Translations under genes and position numbers: made by a program
The notes under the pieces: model-generated
The model's input: only the letters and a program-made list of their open reading frames with translations
Database searches by the model: none
What the model was told of the DNA's origin: nothing
Origin: an uncultured Clostridia bacterium
GTDB taxonomy: Bacteria; Bacillota; Clostridia; Christensenellales; Borkfalkiaceae
DNA: 64,000 bases
NCBI GenBank assembly: GCA_947588985.1
Contig: CANQBG010000004.1
Coordinates: forward strand, 1,667-65,666
Reading direction: 5' to 3'
Shown here: piece after piece, positions 25,067 through 35,306 of the stretch
Layout of the letters: each line of letters starts with the position of its first letter
How positions within the stretch are numbered: position 1 is the stretch's first letter

Positions 25067-28000
25067 TTACTCGGTGCGGAGGGCGATGACGGGGTCCTTC
25101 TTGGCGGCCGCCTGCGCGGGGATGAGGCCGGAGATGAGGGTGAGGACGACGCTGACGCACACCATGATGAAGGCGGTGAGCGGCGGGAGCGACGCGATGC
25201 CCGCGATGCCCGAGAGCGAGAAGATGATGAGCGAGATGATCCACGAGAGGAGGTAGGTCACGGCGATGCCGATGAGGCCGGCCGCGAGGCCGATGATGAA
25301 GGTCTCCGCGTTGAAGAGGTTGCGGATGTCCTTCTTGCGTGCGCCGAGGCTTCGAAGCACGCCGATCTCCTTGACGCGCTCGACGACGGAGACATAGGTG
25401 ATGATGCCGATCATCACGGAGGAGACGACGAGCGAGATGGCCGTGAACGCCACGAGGACGTAGGTGATGACGTTGAGCATCGTCTGGACCATGCCCATGA
25501 GCAGACCCACGCGGTCGGTATAGGTGATCTTATCCTCTTCGGCGCGCCCCTCCATGTCGTTCCACGCATCGAGATAGGTGAGGATGTGTTCCTTGGCGTC
25601 GAAATCGGAGGCGTAGATGAGGATGTCGTTGGGGGCGGGATTGCCGCCGAGGACGCGCACGACGGCTTCGGGGGCCATCGTGATATAGATGATGCCCTTG
25701 AGGGAGAGGCCCTGCTGTTCCATCGCGTTCTCGAAGAACGCCGTACAGCCGGCGTTTGCGGCGAGCGGTTTTCCGAGCGCATTGGCAAGCGCCGTGCCCT
25801 CCACCTTGCCCTCCTCATCCGCCGTGAGGGCGGCGACGTTTTGCTTGATGGCGTCCACAATTTCCGTGGCTGCCGACATCCCGCCTGTTGCGATGAACGC
25901 GAGCGTTCCCGTGAGCCGCTGTCCGTTGCGTTCGAAATAGTTCTCGATCCCCTCCTTGGTGTCGGGCATGGGGTCGTTGGGGAAGAGGGTCCCTTCCAAT
26001 AGATTCAAAAATCCCATACCCATGAACGGCTCTTTGAACTCCGCGAGGCTGAGGGCGGTATAGTTGGCGTTGAGCTGTTCCGCGGGGGAGCGGTAGGCCT
26101 GCATGCCGCCGACGTTGAGCGGGAATTGCCCCTCGTCGCCCGTCATCCATTGGATGAGTTTGGAGTGCTCGGCGTTGTAAGCGACGTACTGCTCGACGGT
26201 AGCCTCGGTGAGGTTGAGCCCTTCCTGAAGGCACCCATAGGTGAAGTTCTCCTTGAGGCGGAGGATGCCCGAGATCTTGAACGAGATGCCCTGCTCCTCC
26301 GTTGCGTCCATCTCCTCGCGCGTGCCGTGATACTCGAAGGGATACTCGGTGAGCCCCGTCTTGCCCGTCTCGCGGTAGAGCTCATCGGCGTAGTAGAGCA
26401 CGTAGTCCTGTTCGAAGATGCGGTCGAAGGGCAGAAGATTGACGTCCTCCTCCGCCGCCGCGGGGTCATCCGTGAGCGCCATGGGCACGGCGGGGACTTC
26501 CCCTTCCTCCGCATTCTGCAGGCCGGCGTTGAAGAGCTCCAAGAAGCGCTCCTCCGTCAAGAACCCGAGCTGCACGAGCGTGAGGTCGATGATGGCGTTG
26601 TTTTCCCCGACGACGAGCACGGCTTCCTTCTCGTTTTCGGGGAAGCGGCCGGCGATGAGATCGTATTGCGACTGCACATATTTGCCGTAATCTTCGCTCT
26701 CAAAGTCCGAGGTCCCCGGCATCTTATTGATGACGTTGGTGAAGAAATCGACGAAGCGGAGGAGGCTCGTGTATTGCGGCGCCTCGTTGATGAGTTCCTG
26801 AATGAGGAAATTCTTGAGGTCGGTGACGGAGTTGTAGCGCAGGGAGACCTCGTCGCCCGTGGCGCCGCCGCCCACCGTCATCGAGGTGAAGAGCGCATCG
26901 GCAATGTTGAGCCCATAGGCATATTGCACGGCGGAGAACCACTCGGGATGCTCCTCTTTGCCCTGTTCGACGTAGTCGATGTATTCCGCGCTGACGTTAT
27001 TTTGCACGGCGACGCCCTGCGCGAGGCCGGTGAGGAAGGAGTTGATATAGACCTTATCCTCGATCTGCTCGGGCGAAGGGAGCTCCTGCGGCGATTGGAT
27101 GCCCTCCATGACGGACATGACGTCGAGCGCCGTCTCGGAAATCTCCAAGGGATAGTAGGAGAGCATATCCTCCTCGGTGTGGCGGATGTAGGCGTTGAAC
27201 CCGCTCGAGAGGGCGAGGACGAGGCAGACGCTGATGATGCCGATGCTCCCCGCGACGGAGGTGACGATCGTGCGCCCCTTCTTGGTGAGAAGATTGCGGA
27301 AGGAGAGCGCGAGCGACGTGAAGAACCCCATCTTCGCGCGCGGTTGCTTGGTCTTTTTCTTGGCCTTGACCTCTTTGGAGGGTACCATGTCCCCGATGTA
27401 GGGGTTGGAATCGCCTTCGACGAGGCCGTCTCTGAGGCGGACGATGCGGGTCGCATATTCCTCGGCAAGGTCGGCATTGTGCGTGACCATGATGACGAGG
27501 CGCTCGTGCGCAATCTCCTTGATGAGCTCCATGACCTCGACGCTCGTCTTGGAATCGAGGGCGCCCGTGGGCTCATCGGCAAGCAAAATGTCGGGGTCGT
27601 TGACGAGGGCGCGGGCGATGGCGACGCGTTGCATCTGCCCGCCCGAGAGCTGGTTGGGCTTCTTCTTGAGCTCCGAGCCGAGGCCGACGCGCTCCAAGGC
27701 CCGCGTGGCCCGCCGTTTCCGCTCCGCCTTCCCCACGCCCGCGATGGTGAGCGCGAGCTCGACGTTTTCGAGCACCGTCTGGTGCGGGATGAGGTTATAC
27801 GTCTGGAAGATGAAGCCGATGCGGTGGTTGCGGTAGACGTCCCAATCGCGGTCGCGGTACTTCTTGGTGGACTTGCCCTGAATGACGAGGTCGCCCGAGG
27901 TGTAGTGGTCGAGGCCGCCGATGATGTTGAGGAGGGTCGTCTTGCCGCAGCCGCTCTGGCCGAGGATGCAGACGAACTCGCTCTTACGGAACTCGAGGCT

Positions 28001-28423
28001 GATCCCCTTGAGAGCGGGGACCGCGCCGGAAGCCACCTTGTAATCCTTCTTGATGTCGGTGAGCTTGAGCATGGCGGGCGCGCCGTGTTCGGGGGTCCCG
28101 TTCAAGACATGGTGCCCACGGACGCCGTGCCCCCCCTGCGGATAGGGCATGGGCGCGGGCTGCCCCGGCTGTGGCATGGGTTGCCCCGGCTGCGGCATGG
28201 GATAGGCTCCCATCGGCATGGGAGGATTCCCCGGCTGCGCGGGTTGGGCGGGGTAGAGGGGCGCGTTCGTGTAGAGATAGACTCCCGCGATGGGCTGCGG
28301 AGAATATTCCACCGGAAGATAGCGCACGGGCACCCCGGGGACTCCTACGAGCGGATAGCGGCAGACGGGGCAGAACCGAAGGCCGCTCTTGCATTTCCTC
28401 CCGCAATGTTGACATTTTTTCAT
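25067..28423 (-). CDS. MacB-like ABC transporter, fused ATPase + FtsX-type permease, with N-terminal zinc ribbon and Pro-rich segment
   Basis: N-terminus [14 protein letters not shown] followed by a P/Q/G-rich stretch. Walker [25 protein letters not shown] and [12 protein letters not shown] large extracytoplasmic domain is followed by a C-terminal FtsX-like 3-TM bundle. Confidence 0.85.
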   Translation of the reverse strand: MKKCQHCGRKCKSGLRFCPVCRYPLVGVPGVPVRYLPVEYSPQPIAGVYLYTNAPLYPAQPAQPGNPPMPMGAYPMPQPGQPMPQPGQPAPMPYPQGGHGVRGHHVLNGTPEHGAPAMLKLTDIKKDYKVASGAVPALKGISLEFRKSEFVCILGQSGCGKTTLLNIIGGLDHYTSGDLVIQGKSTKKYRDRDWDVYRNHRIGFIFQTYNLIPHQTVLENVELALTIAGVGKAERKRRATRALERVGLGSELKKKPNQLSGGQMQRVAIARALVNDPDILLADEPTGALDSKTSVEVMELIKEIAHERLVIMVTHNADLAEEYATRIVRLRDGLVEGDSNPYIGDMVPSKEVKAKKKTKQPRAKMGFFTSLALSFRNLLTKKGRTIVTSVAGSIGIISVCLVLALSSGFNAYIRHTEEDMLSYYPLEISETALDVMSVMEGIQSPQELPSPEQIEDKVYINSFLTGLAQGVAVQNNVSAEYIDYVEQGKEEHPEWFSAVQYAYGLNIADALFTSMTVGGGATGDEVSLRYNSVTDLKNFLIQELINEAPQYTSLLRFVDFFTNVINKMPGTSDFESEDYGKYVQSQYDLIAGRFPENEKEAVLVVGENNAIIDLTLVQLGFLTEERFLELFNAGLQNAEEGEVPAVPMALTDDPAAAEEDVNLLPFDRIFEQDYVLYYADELYRETGKTGLTEYPFEYHGTREEMDATEEQGISFKISGILRLKENFTYGCLQEGLNLTEATVEQYVAYNAEHSKLIQWMTGDEGQFPLNVGGMQAYRSPAEQLNANYTALSLAEFKEPFMGMGFLNLLEGTLFPNDPMPDTKEGIENYFERNGQRLTGTLAFIATGGMSAATEIVDAIKQNVAALTADEEGKVEGTALANALGKPLAANAGCTAFFENAMEQQGLSLKGIIYITMAPEAVVRVLGGNPAPNDILIYASDFDAKEHILTYLDAWNDMEGRAEEDKITYTDRVGLLMGMVQTMLNVITYVLVAFTAISLVVSSVMIGIITYVSVVERVKEIGVLRSLGARKKDIRNLFNAETFIIGLAAGLIGIAVTYLLSWIISLIIFSLSGIAGIASLPPLTAFIMVCVSVVLTLISGLIPAQAAAKKDPVIALRTE

Positions 28424-28461
28424 ACTAACTCCTTTCGCCGTCCGGCGAGATCGGGGATTTT

Positions 28462-28914
28462 TTAAGCGTGAGGGTACGACGCGCGGACCTTCCGGAAGGT
28501 AGCCGCAAATTCATCGTATGCCGTCATGAGACCTTGCAGTTTCTCCGCGCCGAGTTCTTTTTCGACGCCCTCCATGATCTCGTTGGCCTGCCGGCATTGC
28601 TCGTTGAACACGGCAAGCGAATGCTCGGAGAGGCAGACATATGCGATTTTTTTATCGGTGGGAGAGGCCTTTCGCGTGACGATGCCCTGCTTTTCGAGCT
28701 TGGTGACGACCTGCGAGACGGCCGACCGCGTGATGCCGATGCGGCGCGCGAGCTCGGAGGAGATGATGTTTTTCCCCTTCTCCCCCTCCATGATGATCTC
28801 CTGCAACATCCGGAATTCCGTCTTGGAGAGCTTGGCGGCGTCGGCAAAGAGATTGAGCTCCTCCATGTCTTTAATCGTCTGAAATAATTTCAGAAGATAT
28901 ACATTGATCTCCAT
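28462..28914 (-). CDS. MarR family transcriptional regulator
   Basis: 150 aa. Winged HTH SSELARRIGITRSAVSQVVTKLEKQGIVTRK. Confidence 0.85.
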   Translation of the reverse strand: MEINVYLLKLFQTIKDMEELNLFADAAKLSKTEFRMLQEIIMEGEKGKNIISSELARRIGITRSAVSQVVTKLEKQGIVTRKASPTDKKIAYVCLSEHSLAVFNEQCRQANEIMEGVEKELGAEKLQGLMTAYDEFAATFRKVRASYPHA

Positions 28915-29094
28915 ATTTTTTCCCTTTCCTCGTTGTCATATGCTAAACAAAAATATTATACTCCGCGCGCGCGCGGTTGTCAAACGCTTGGTCTCGACTT
29001 TTGGAAAGATTCACAATTTGTTCACATTCTACACGGGTTGAAAACAGGGAACATGCGCCGATTGGCGATTTTTGCGGCGACGGCGCGGCGGCAT

Positions 29095-29131
29095 GAAAAA
29101 ACGCACCCGCCCAAGCGGCGGATGCGGGTCT
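29095..29131 (-). terminator. putative terminator after the methyltransferase gene
   Basis: Minus-strand hairpin ACCCGCATCCGCC / GGCGGGTGCGT with loop GCTT, followed by TTTTTT. Confidence 0.5.
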
Positions 29132-29188
29132 GCTCCCCGAAAGATGTTTGTTGGCAAAAGTTCCCTCCCCCTTTGCGGGGAAGCGGCC

Positions 29189-30307
29189 TCAGGCGCGGGG
29201 CTTTTTGCCGAAATAGACGAGGAGGGAGCATTTGAGGTCGGCATTGTAGAGGAGGCGGCGCTTATCGGGCCGCCCGAGGAGGCGTTCACAATCCTCATAG
29301 CCCGAGAGGAGGTAGGCGCTCCAATCGGGGAGGGCGCGGAACATGCTCCGAAGGTCGCGATAGAGGAGGGCGAGGTCCTCCCCCTTCATGCGCTCGCCGT
29401 AGGGCGGGTTGGAGACGAGGACGCCGCAACGCTCGGGGGCCGTGAAGGCGCGCATATCCTGCTCCGCGAGGAGGAGATCGGAAAGAACGCCCGCGCGCCG
29501 CGCATGTTCCCGGGTGATGGCCACCGCCCGCGGGGAGAGGTCGGAGGCGTATACGGGCGCGATGGGACCGCGGTATTCGCCGGCCTCGGCCTCGGCACGG
29601 GCCGCCTGAAGGACGCCTTGGGGGACGCATTTGAAGCGGCAGAAATCGAACTCGCGCGACTTCCCCGGGGCGATGTTGCGGGCGTATAGCGCGGCCTCGA
29701 TGGGAATGGTCCCGCTGCCGCAGAAGGGATCGCAGAAGGCCTTGTCGCGGCGGTAGAAGGAGTCCTCCACGATGGCGGCCGCCGTCGTCTCGCGAAGAGG
29801 GGCGTCGTAAGTGAGCACGCGGTATCCCCGCCTGTGCAGGCCCTCCCCCGTCGTATCGAGGGTGACGGTGGCGACGTCCTCATAGAGGGAGACCCCCACC
29901 ACGGCGCGCTCCCCCGCTTCGTCGAGCGTGCGCACATGCAGCCGCTCTCTGAGCCGCTCCACGATGGCCTTCTGCGCCACGCCCCCCGCCGCTTTGATGG
30001 CGGCGAGCTTGCTCTTCACACTCTTGCCGTCGATGCGGACGCGGGCATGCGCCGAGAGGTACTCCTCCCACGGGATAGAGAACACGCCCGCAAAGAGCTC
30101 GTCGAACGAGGTGGCGGGAAACTCCTTGAGCACGATGAGGACGCGCTCTCCCGCACGCAGAAAGACATTCAAACGGGCGACCGTATTCCAGTCGCCCTCG
30201 AGGGTGACACGACCGCGAATGGCGGGGGCATGTCCGAGACCCATATGTTCGATTTCACGTTTGACGGCGGCTTCGATGCCCGTCGCCGCCGGAATTTGCA
30301 GCACCAT
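29189..30307 (-). CDS. THUMP-domain class I SAM-dependent RNA methyltransferase (RlmL/YpsC-like)
   Basis: N-terminal THUMP-like region, DPFCGSGTIPIEAAL (SAM motif I) and NPPYGERM (motif IV). Confidence 0.85.
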   Translation of the reverse strand: MVLQIPAATGIEAAVKREIEHMGLGHAPAIRGRVTLEGDWNTVARLNVFLRAGERVLIVLKEFPATSFDELFAGVFSIPWEEYLSAHARVRIDGKSVKSKLAAIKAAGGVAQKAIVERLRERLHVRTLDEAGERAVVGVSLYEDVATVTLDTTGEGLHRRGYRVLTYDAPLRETTAAAIVEDSFYRRDKAFCDPFCGSGTIPIEAALYARNIAPGKSREFDFCRFKCVPQGVLQAARAEAEAGEYRGPIAPVYASDLSPRAVAITREHARRAGVLSDLLLAEQDMRAFTAPERCGVLVSNPPYGERMKGEDLALLYRDLRSMFRALPDWSAYLLSGYEDCERLLGRPDKRRLLYNADLKCSLLVYFGKKPRA

Positions 30308-30313
30308 AATTTG

Positions 30314-31384
30314 CTATTCTTCCGTTTCGTCCACCGTCTCCGCTTCGGCGGGTTCGGGTTCGGGGATGTAGGGATGGAGGGGCTCGGTATCGGGCGTCAT
30401 GTCGTATTTATCGTCGATATCCTCCCCGAGGAGTTCCTCGATCATGTCCTCGCGGGTGATGAGGCCGAGCGCATTGCCCTCCGAGCCGACGATGACCATG
30501 TGTTCGCGCATCGCCTGCATGTGTTTCATGAGGTCGGAGACCTTTTCGTCGGTAGACGTGTAGGAGATGGGCCGGATGATGTTGCCGAAATCCCGCCGCC
30601 CCGCCAATAAGTTCTCATAGAAATCGGCGCGATACAGAATGCCGATGATGTTTTGCTTGGTCCCCTTATAGATGGGGAGACGCGAGAAGTTGGTCTCGCG
30701 GAAGATCTTATAGACGACGCGGGAGCTATCCCTCACTTCCGCCAAGATCACCCGGTCGAGGGGGATCATGCACGAGCCGACGTGGAGGTCGTCGTAGCGG
30801 AGGGTACGGGTGATGAGATCGTGCTCGGTGGCGTTTAAGACGCCCTCCTCCCGCACGTCCGTCACGAGCATGCGGAATTCCTCCTCCGTGATCTTCTTTT
30901 TCTTTTTATCGAGGCCGAAGAGAAAGAAAATAAACTTCTTCCACCAGCCGAACACGTAGCTCAGCGGCCAGAAGAGGATGGAGCAGACGATGAGCGGATA
31001 GGCCATGAAGCAGGCGAAGTGCTCGGGCTCCTCCTTGGCGAGCGACTTCGGTGTGATCTCCCCGAAGATGAGCACGACGACGGTGAGGATGATCGTGGAG
31101 AGCGTGGGGCCGAGTTCCGCGCCCATGAGATTTGTAAACAAAACGGTGGCGATCGTCGCCGCCGCAATGTTGACGATGTTGTTGCCGATGAGAAGCGTCG
31201 TGAGGACCTTATTGTAGTCCTCACTGAGCTTAAGCGCCGCCTTTGCCGCCCTGTTCTTTTGGGCAAACCGACGCATTCTCACTGTGGAAAAACTCGTGTA
31301 CGCCGTCTCCGTGGCGGAAAAACAGCCCGAGAGAAAGACGAGCACGATGAGTGCGACTAAGAGTCCTATGTCGCTACCGTCCAT
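30314..31384 (-). CDS. CNNM/hemolysin-family membrane protein (DUF21 + CBS pair)
   Basis: Trimmed to MDGSDIGLL (GGAGG RBS). FLSGCFSATETAYTS is the DUF21 signature. A CBS pair and an acidic tail follow. Confidence 0.85.
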   Translation of the reverse strand: MDGSDIGLLVALIVLVFLSGCFSATETAYTSFSTVRMRRFAQKNRAAKAALKLSEDYNKVLTTLLIGNNIVNIAAATIATVLFTNLMGAELGPTLSTIILTVVVLIFGEITPKSLAKEEPEHFACFMAYPLIVCSILFWPLSYVFGWWKKFIFFLFGLDKKKKKITEEEFRMLVTDVREEGVLNATEHDLITRTLRYDDLHVGSCMIPLDRVILAEVRDSSRVVYKIFRETNFSRLPIYKGTKQNIIGILYRADFYENLLAGRRDFGNIIRPISYTSTDEKVSDLMKHMQAMREHMVIVGSEGNALGLITREDMIEELLGEDIDDKYDMTPDTEPLHPYIPEPEPAEAETVDETEE

Positions 31385-31452
31385 GAAAAAAAATACCTCC
31401 GCGCGGCACGTTCGCCGCTCTTGCGCGATCGGTCCGATCGATCGATTGAGTG

Positions 31453-32238
31453 TTATTGGGCAAAAACGAGGCGGACAAAGCGTTCGAGGCCCTCGTTCCA
31501 TACGCCGAAATCGTGGACGCCGCCCTTCACCGTCTCAAAGACAAAGTTCTCGACGGCCTTCCCCGCGTGCGCTATGAGGGAATGCTCAAGCCCGCGGTGG
31601 ATGGGATAGCAGAGCGGATCGGCGTCTCCGCAGTTGAGATACAAGACCTTCACCTTTTCGCCGCTCTCCCGGATGGCGTCCCCGAGGCGGGCGCCCGGCT
31701 TGGTCGTGGGGCCGCAGGAGAAACTGCCGAGAGAGGAGAAGAGATCGAGGTTTTCCGTGCCGATGTTGAGCGTCTGGATGCCGCCCATGGAGAGACCGGC
31801 GAGCGCACGGCCCGCACGGGAGCTTTCCGCGGAATATTCCCGTTCGACGGCGGGGATGAGGTCGCGGCGGAGCTCCTCCCCGAAGGCATAGAAGCCCTTG
31901 ACCGCAGGCGTCATGACGACGGCGCCATCGATGACCTCGCCCTTAAGGTCGGTAAACTCCCTGCACGTCCGCCCGTTGGGAAAGACGACGAGAAAGGGCC
32001 GCACCGTGCCGGAGGCGATGAGGCGGTCGAAGATGTGCACGCATTCCCCCCTCCCCACTTCCTCGATGGGAGAGAGCCACTCGCGCTCGTCCTTGCAGAT
32101 GCCGTGCAGAAGATAGAGTACGGGGTATTGCCGCGCGGGACAATAACCGCCCGGAACATAGACGAAGGCGTGCTTTTGCGGCGCGCCCTCGATACTTGTT
32201 GCCGTGTAATAGAGATCGCAGACCGCGCCCTTAGTCAT
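31453..32238 (-). CDS. esterase-family alpha/beta hydrolase (CE1 / esterase D-like)
   Basis: Trimmed to MTKGAVCDLY. YPVLYLLHG and the nucleophile elbow GLSMGG. Confidence 0.8.
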   Translation of the reverse strand: MTKGAVCDLYYTATSIEGAPQKHAFVYVPGGYCPARQYPVLYLLHGICKDEREWLSPIEEVGRGECVHIFDRLIASGTVRPFLVVFPNGRTCREFTDLKGEVIDGAVVMTPAVKGFYAFGEELRRDLIPAVEREYSAESSRAGRALAGLSMGGIQTLNIGTENLDLFSSLGSFSCGPTTKPGARLGDAIRESGEKVKVLYLNCGDADPLCYPIHRGLEHSLIAHAGKAVENFVFETVKGGVHDFGVWNEGLERFVRLVFAQ

Positions 32239-33007
32239 GCGCAGGCTCCGAGGGCTCCTCGCCTTCGGCCTTCTCCGTCTCTTCCGTGCCTTCCGTCTCT
32301 TCGACGACTTCGACGGGCTCCGTCTCAACGAGCTCGGTTTCCGCCGGCTCTTCGACAGCTTCCGTCTCCTCGACGACCTCGGCCTCTTCAACGACCTCGG
32401 CCTCGGCCTCTTCGACGGGTTCCGTTTCAACGGGTTCTGTTTCGACTTCCTCGACCGGCTCTTCGACGGCTTCCGCCTCTGCCGGCTCATCGACGGCTTC
32501 CGTCTCCTCGACGGGCTCGGCTTCGACGGCTTCCGCCTCTGCCGGCTCTTCGACGGCTTCCGTCTCCTCGACGACCTCGGCCGTTTCGACGACTTCCGCC
32601 TCGCCTTCTTCTACAGGCTCCGCTTCGACGGGCTGCTCGAAATCGACGGGCTCGACAGCCTCGACTTCCTCGACGCCCTCCAACTCGACGGGTGCGACGG
32701 GTTCGGTCTCTTCCGCGGGCTCGAGATCGACGGGCTCGACGGGTTCGGCTTCTTCTTCCGTCCACTGCGCCTTTGCGGTGTGCTTGAAATGAAAGAGCGG
32801 GTAGAGTTTGCCGCCCGTGGGAGCGCTTCTTTCGATGAACGACGGGCGCTCGGAAGGCTCTCCATCGGACATGGGTGCCCCGTTTTTCGTCTGCCCTGCG
32901 GAAACCTGCGTTTGATGCAGGAGACGAAGGGTGGTGGCCGTGATGTCCTCAGCTTTGGTTTCTCCGTGTTTCAGTTGCTCTTCCATACGATCCTCCGATT
33001 GTATCAT
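32231..33007 (-). CDS. acidic E/P/V/A-rich repeat protein (frame assignment tentative)
   Basis: Four overlapping ORFs cover the repeat. This frame has a non-repetitive N-terminus and its stop overlaps the esterase ATG (ATGA-type coupling). It contains an exact-length 60-bp tandem repeat. Confidence 0.5.
   Translation of the reverse strand: MIQSEDRMEEQLKHGETKAEDITATTLRLLHQTQVSAGQTKNGAPMSDGEPSERPSFIERSAPTGGKLYPLFHFKHTAKAQWTEEEAEPVEPVDLEPAEETEPVAPVELEGVEEVEAVEPVDFEQPVEAEPVEEGEAEVVETAEVVEETEAVEEPAEAEAVEAEPVEETEAVDEPAEAEAVEEPVEEVETEPVETEPVEEAEAEVVEEAEVVEETEAVEEPAETELVETEPVEVVEETEGTEETEKAEGEEPSEPAHD
32461..32580. repeat. 60-bp tandem repeat (2 near-identical copies, degenerate copies on both sides)
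   Basis: 32461-32520 and 32521-32580 differ at only about 3 positions (cttcgacggcttccgcctctgccggctc...). Related units extend over about 32280-32760. Confidence 0.85.
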
Positions 33008-33081
33008 TCCGTGTATAATCCTATTATACTATGAATTTTCGGATTTTACAAGGGATATTCAAAAAAAATTCCGAAATTTTA

Positions 33082-33945
33082 CTAATTTTTCGAGTTTTTC
33101 AGGAAATTTTTCGCGGAATGGGCCGCAACGCACCCCTCTCCGGCGGCTTTGGCGTATTGATACGGCCTTCCCGTGACGTCTCCGGCGGCAAACAGACCCT
33201 CTAAATTGGTGGAGAGCGACCGATCGACGGCGATGTGGCCGTCTTTTTTCGTCTTGACCCCGAAGGCGATGGCCTCGGGTGGCGCGGAGTCCCGTAAGAA
33301 AAATACGCCGCTCACCGCAAGCGTGTTCTCGCGGAGCACGAGCCGCTCCACGCGGCCCTCCCCCTCGACGGCGAGGGGAACGCCCTCCACGCATTGGATG
33401 TTTTCCCCCGCGGGCGCGAAGGCCCGATCTCGGCAGACGCAGTATACCTTCGCGGCGAACTGCGCGAGGTAGCGCACTTCCTCCGCAAACTTGGGGGAGG
33501 AGAGCACGGCGGCGATCGTCTTTCCGCGGTAGAGCGCCCCATCGCACACGGCGCAATAACTCACGCCGCGGCCAAGTAGCTCCCGCTCCCCTCGGACGCT
33601 TCCGCGCGCCTCCACGCCGATGGCGAGAATGACGGTCCGCGCCAAAAACTGTTCCCTGCCGCAGGTGACGGTGAAGCGGTCGCCCGTCTTGTAAACGCCG
33701 TCCGCCCGCATGCGGGTAAGCGCGACATGCTCCCCCTCCATCTGCCGGGTGAGGGCTGCGGCGAAGTCTTTCCCGCTCCCCATGCAGGAGGGGAAATTCG
33801 TCACCCGCTCCGCACGGCAGAGCTTTTCGCCAAAGGCCGTATCGCCCAGCCAAAGGTAATCCATGAGGAGATTGCCCGCGGTGAGGGCGGCCGTGTAGCC
33901 TGCGATCCCGCCGCCGACGATCGCGACGTCATAGAGATGTTCCAT
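33082..33945 (-). CDS. thioredoxin reductase-like FAD/NAD(P)-dependent oxidoreductase
   Basis: Trimmed to MEHLYDVAIVGGGIAGYTAA. Redox CAVC motif (SYCAVCDG) and FAAGDVTG. Confidence 0.8.
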   Translation of the reverse strand: MEHLYDVAIVGGGIAGYTAALTAGNLLMDYLWLGDTAFGEKLCRAERVTNFPSCMGSGKDFAAALTRQMEGEHVALTRMRADGVYKTGDRFTVTCGREQFLARTVILAIGVEARGSVRGERELLGRGVSYCAVCDGALYRGKTIAAVLSSPKFAEEVRYLAQFAAKVYCVCRDRAFAPAGENIQCVEGVPLAVEGEGRVERLVLRENTLAVSGVFFLRDSAPPEAIAFGVKTKKDGHIAVDRSLSTNLEGLFAAGDVTGRPYQYAKAAGEGCVAAHSAKNFLKNSKN

Positions 33946-34008
33946 ATCCACAGGATCCCCCTTTCGCGCCCCTCTCATTCCCCCACCCGCGGCGGGGCGA
34001 GGGCGCCG

Positions 34009-35118
34009 TCAGTTCTGACGGATGAGTTCCACGATGCGCGTGACGGCGCTCTGCACGTCGTCTCCGACGTTGACCTCCACGTCGCAGACCTCGCTGTTGC
34101 GGTATTCGAAGTCGAGCGAGAGGATGCGGCGCGTCTTGTCGTCGATGTCGATCTCGCGGCCGATGATGCTCTTGATGGCGTCGGCCCGCTCCCTGCGCGT
34201 AAAGACGAGCATGGCGCGCTCGCGGTAGAGATTTTTGAGCGTGATCGCGCCGCAGATGTCGATGGGGATGACGGCGACATGGCCGCGCTCCACGATGGGC
34301 GCGATGTCCTTTTGCGACGTGCCGAAGTGGTAGCCGCTATAGACCGTCGTCTCGATGTAGCTTCCCGCGTTCTTTTCCTCAATGAAGCGCGCCTCGTCGA
34401 TGAAGCGGTAGGAGCCGGCCCCCTCCGTCTTGCGGCGGGGACGCGTTGTGGAAGTCAGCGGCTTTTCAAAGCCTTCGAGGCGCGTGAGCTCGTTGGCGAT
34501 CTCCGTCTTGGAGGAGCCGGAGGGCCCCACGAGGCACAAAACGCCCCCCTCCGAGAGATGGGGAAATCTCTCCGAAAAGGAGCTCAAGACCATCTCGCAG
34601 AAGTGCAGGAAGTCGTCGTAGCTGTTCACGGAGAGCAGACCGGAGAGATCGGCGTTCCACGGTTTGCGGAAGAGCACGGGATAGGCCGCGCGGGAGGAGG
34701 AGATGTTGTGCGCGCCGTCGTCGAGCATGATGTCGAGAGAGATGACGTCTTTGCGCGTCCCCATCATGATGTTCTGGGCGGGGATCTCGGGGAAGTCCGC
34801 GATGAGCCGTTCGGCGCGCGCGCTCATACAGCATGCGGGGACGGCTGTAATAAAGAATACGTCTGCGATCTCCGAGAGTTTTTTCACGAATTCCTGCGCG
34901 CCCGGAGAGATGGGCTGCGTGCGGACGAAATCGGGATCGGAATAGAAGGCGATCCGCTCGTCTGCATGGCGGCCGCTGTTGCCCCAGCTATTGATCTCCT
35001 CGATGCGCATGGGTTCTTCGTCGGGATGGCGGCTGTTGATGATGGAGACGGCGTAGGAATTGCATTCATAGAGCGTGTCGTCCACGTCCAAGCCGACGCG
35101 GATCCTATATTTTCTCAT
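34009..35118 (-). CDS. fusion protein: HAD-type 5'(3')-deoxyribonucleotidase-like domain + guanylate kinase-like domain
   Basis: The N-terminus VGLDVDDTLYE is the HAD DxDxT motif of the NT5C type. The C-terminal half has the P-loop GPSGSSKT, TTRPRRKTEGAGSYRFI and YHFGT, as in Gmk. Confidence 0.7.
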   Translation of the reverse strand: MRKYRIRVGLDVDDTLYECNSYAVSIINSRHPDEEPMRIEEINSWGNSGRHADERIAFYSDPDFVRTQPISPGAQEFVKKLSEIADVFFITAVPACCMSARAERLIADFPEIPAQNIMMGTRKDVISLDIMLDDGAHNISSSRAAYPVLFRKPWNADLSGLLSVNSYDDFLHFCEMVLSSFSERFPHLSEGGVLCLVGPSGSSKTEIANELTRLEGFEKPLTSTTRPRRKTEGAGSYRFIDEARFIEEKNAGSYIETTVYSGYHFGTSQKDIAPIVERGHVAVIPIDICGAITLKNLYRERAMLVFTRRERADAIKSIIGREIDIDDKTRRILSLDFEYRNSEVCDVEVNVGDDVQSAVTRIVELIRQN

Positions 35119-35306
35119 ACTCGACCTCTCAAACTGCTTTCTTCTTTTTTATTATAACGATTTCCGTGCCGTTTGTCAAGCCGCAACAGGTTGACAAGCG
35201 GATGAAAATATGGTATAATATTTTTCTCACAACCAAAGGCCGCCCATGCGGCCCTACCAAGACCCGCCGCCCCGCGCGGAGACCGAAATTTTCAGGGAGA
35301 AAACCT

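Noticed and set aside
26126-28465. 779-aa plus-strand ORF, plus many 60-230 aa ORFs, across 25.0-28.4 kb
   Set aside because: All overlap the MacB-like ABC gene, whose frame carries Walker, signature and FtsX motifs. The alternative frames are R/G/D/E- or S/P/R-rich with no recognisable domains.
32237-33034. Three further ORFs over the acidic repeat (Arg-rich, Ser/Thr-rich and Leu/Phe/Gly-rich frames)
   Set aside because: The repeat keeps several frames open. None of these has a unique N-terminal region or translational coupling. The choice of frame remains tentative.
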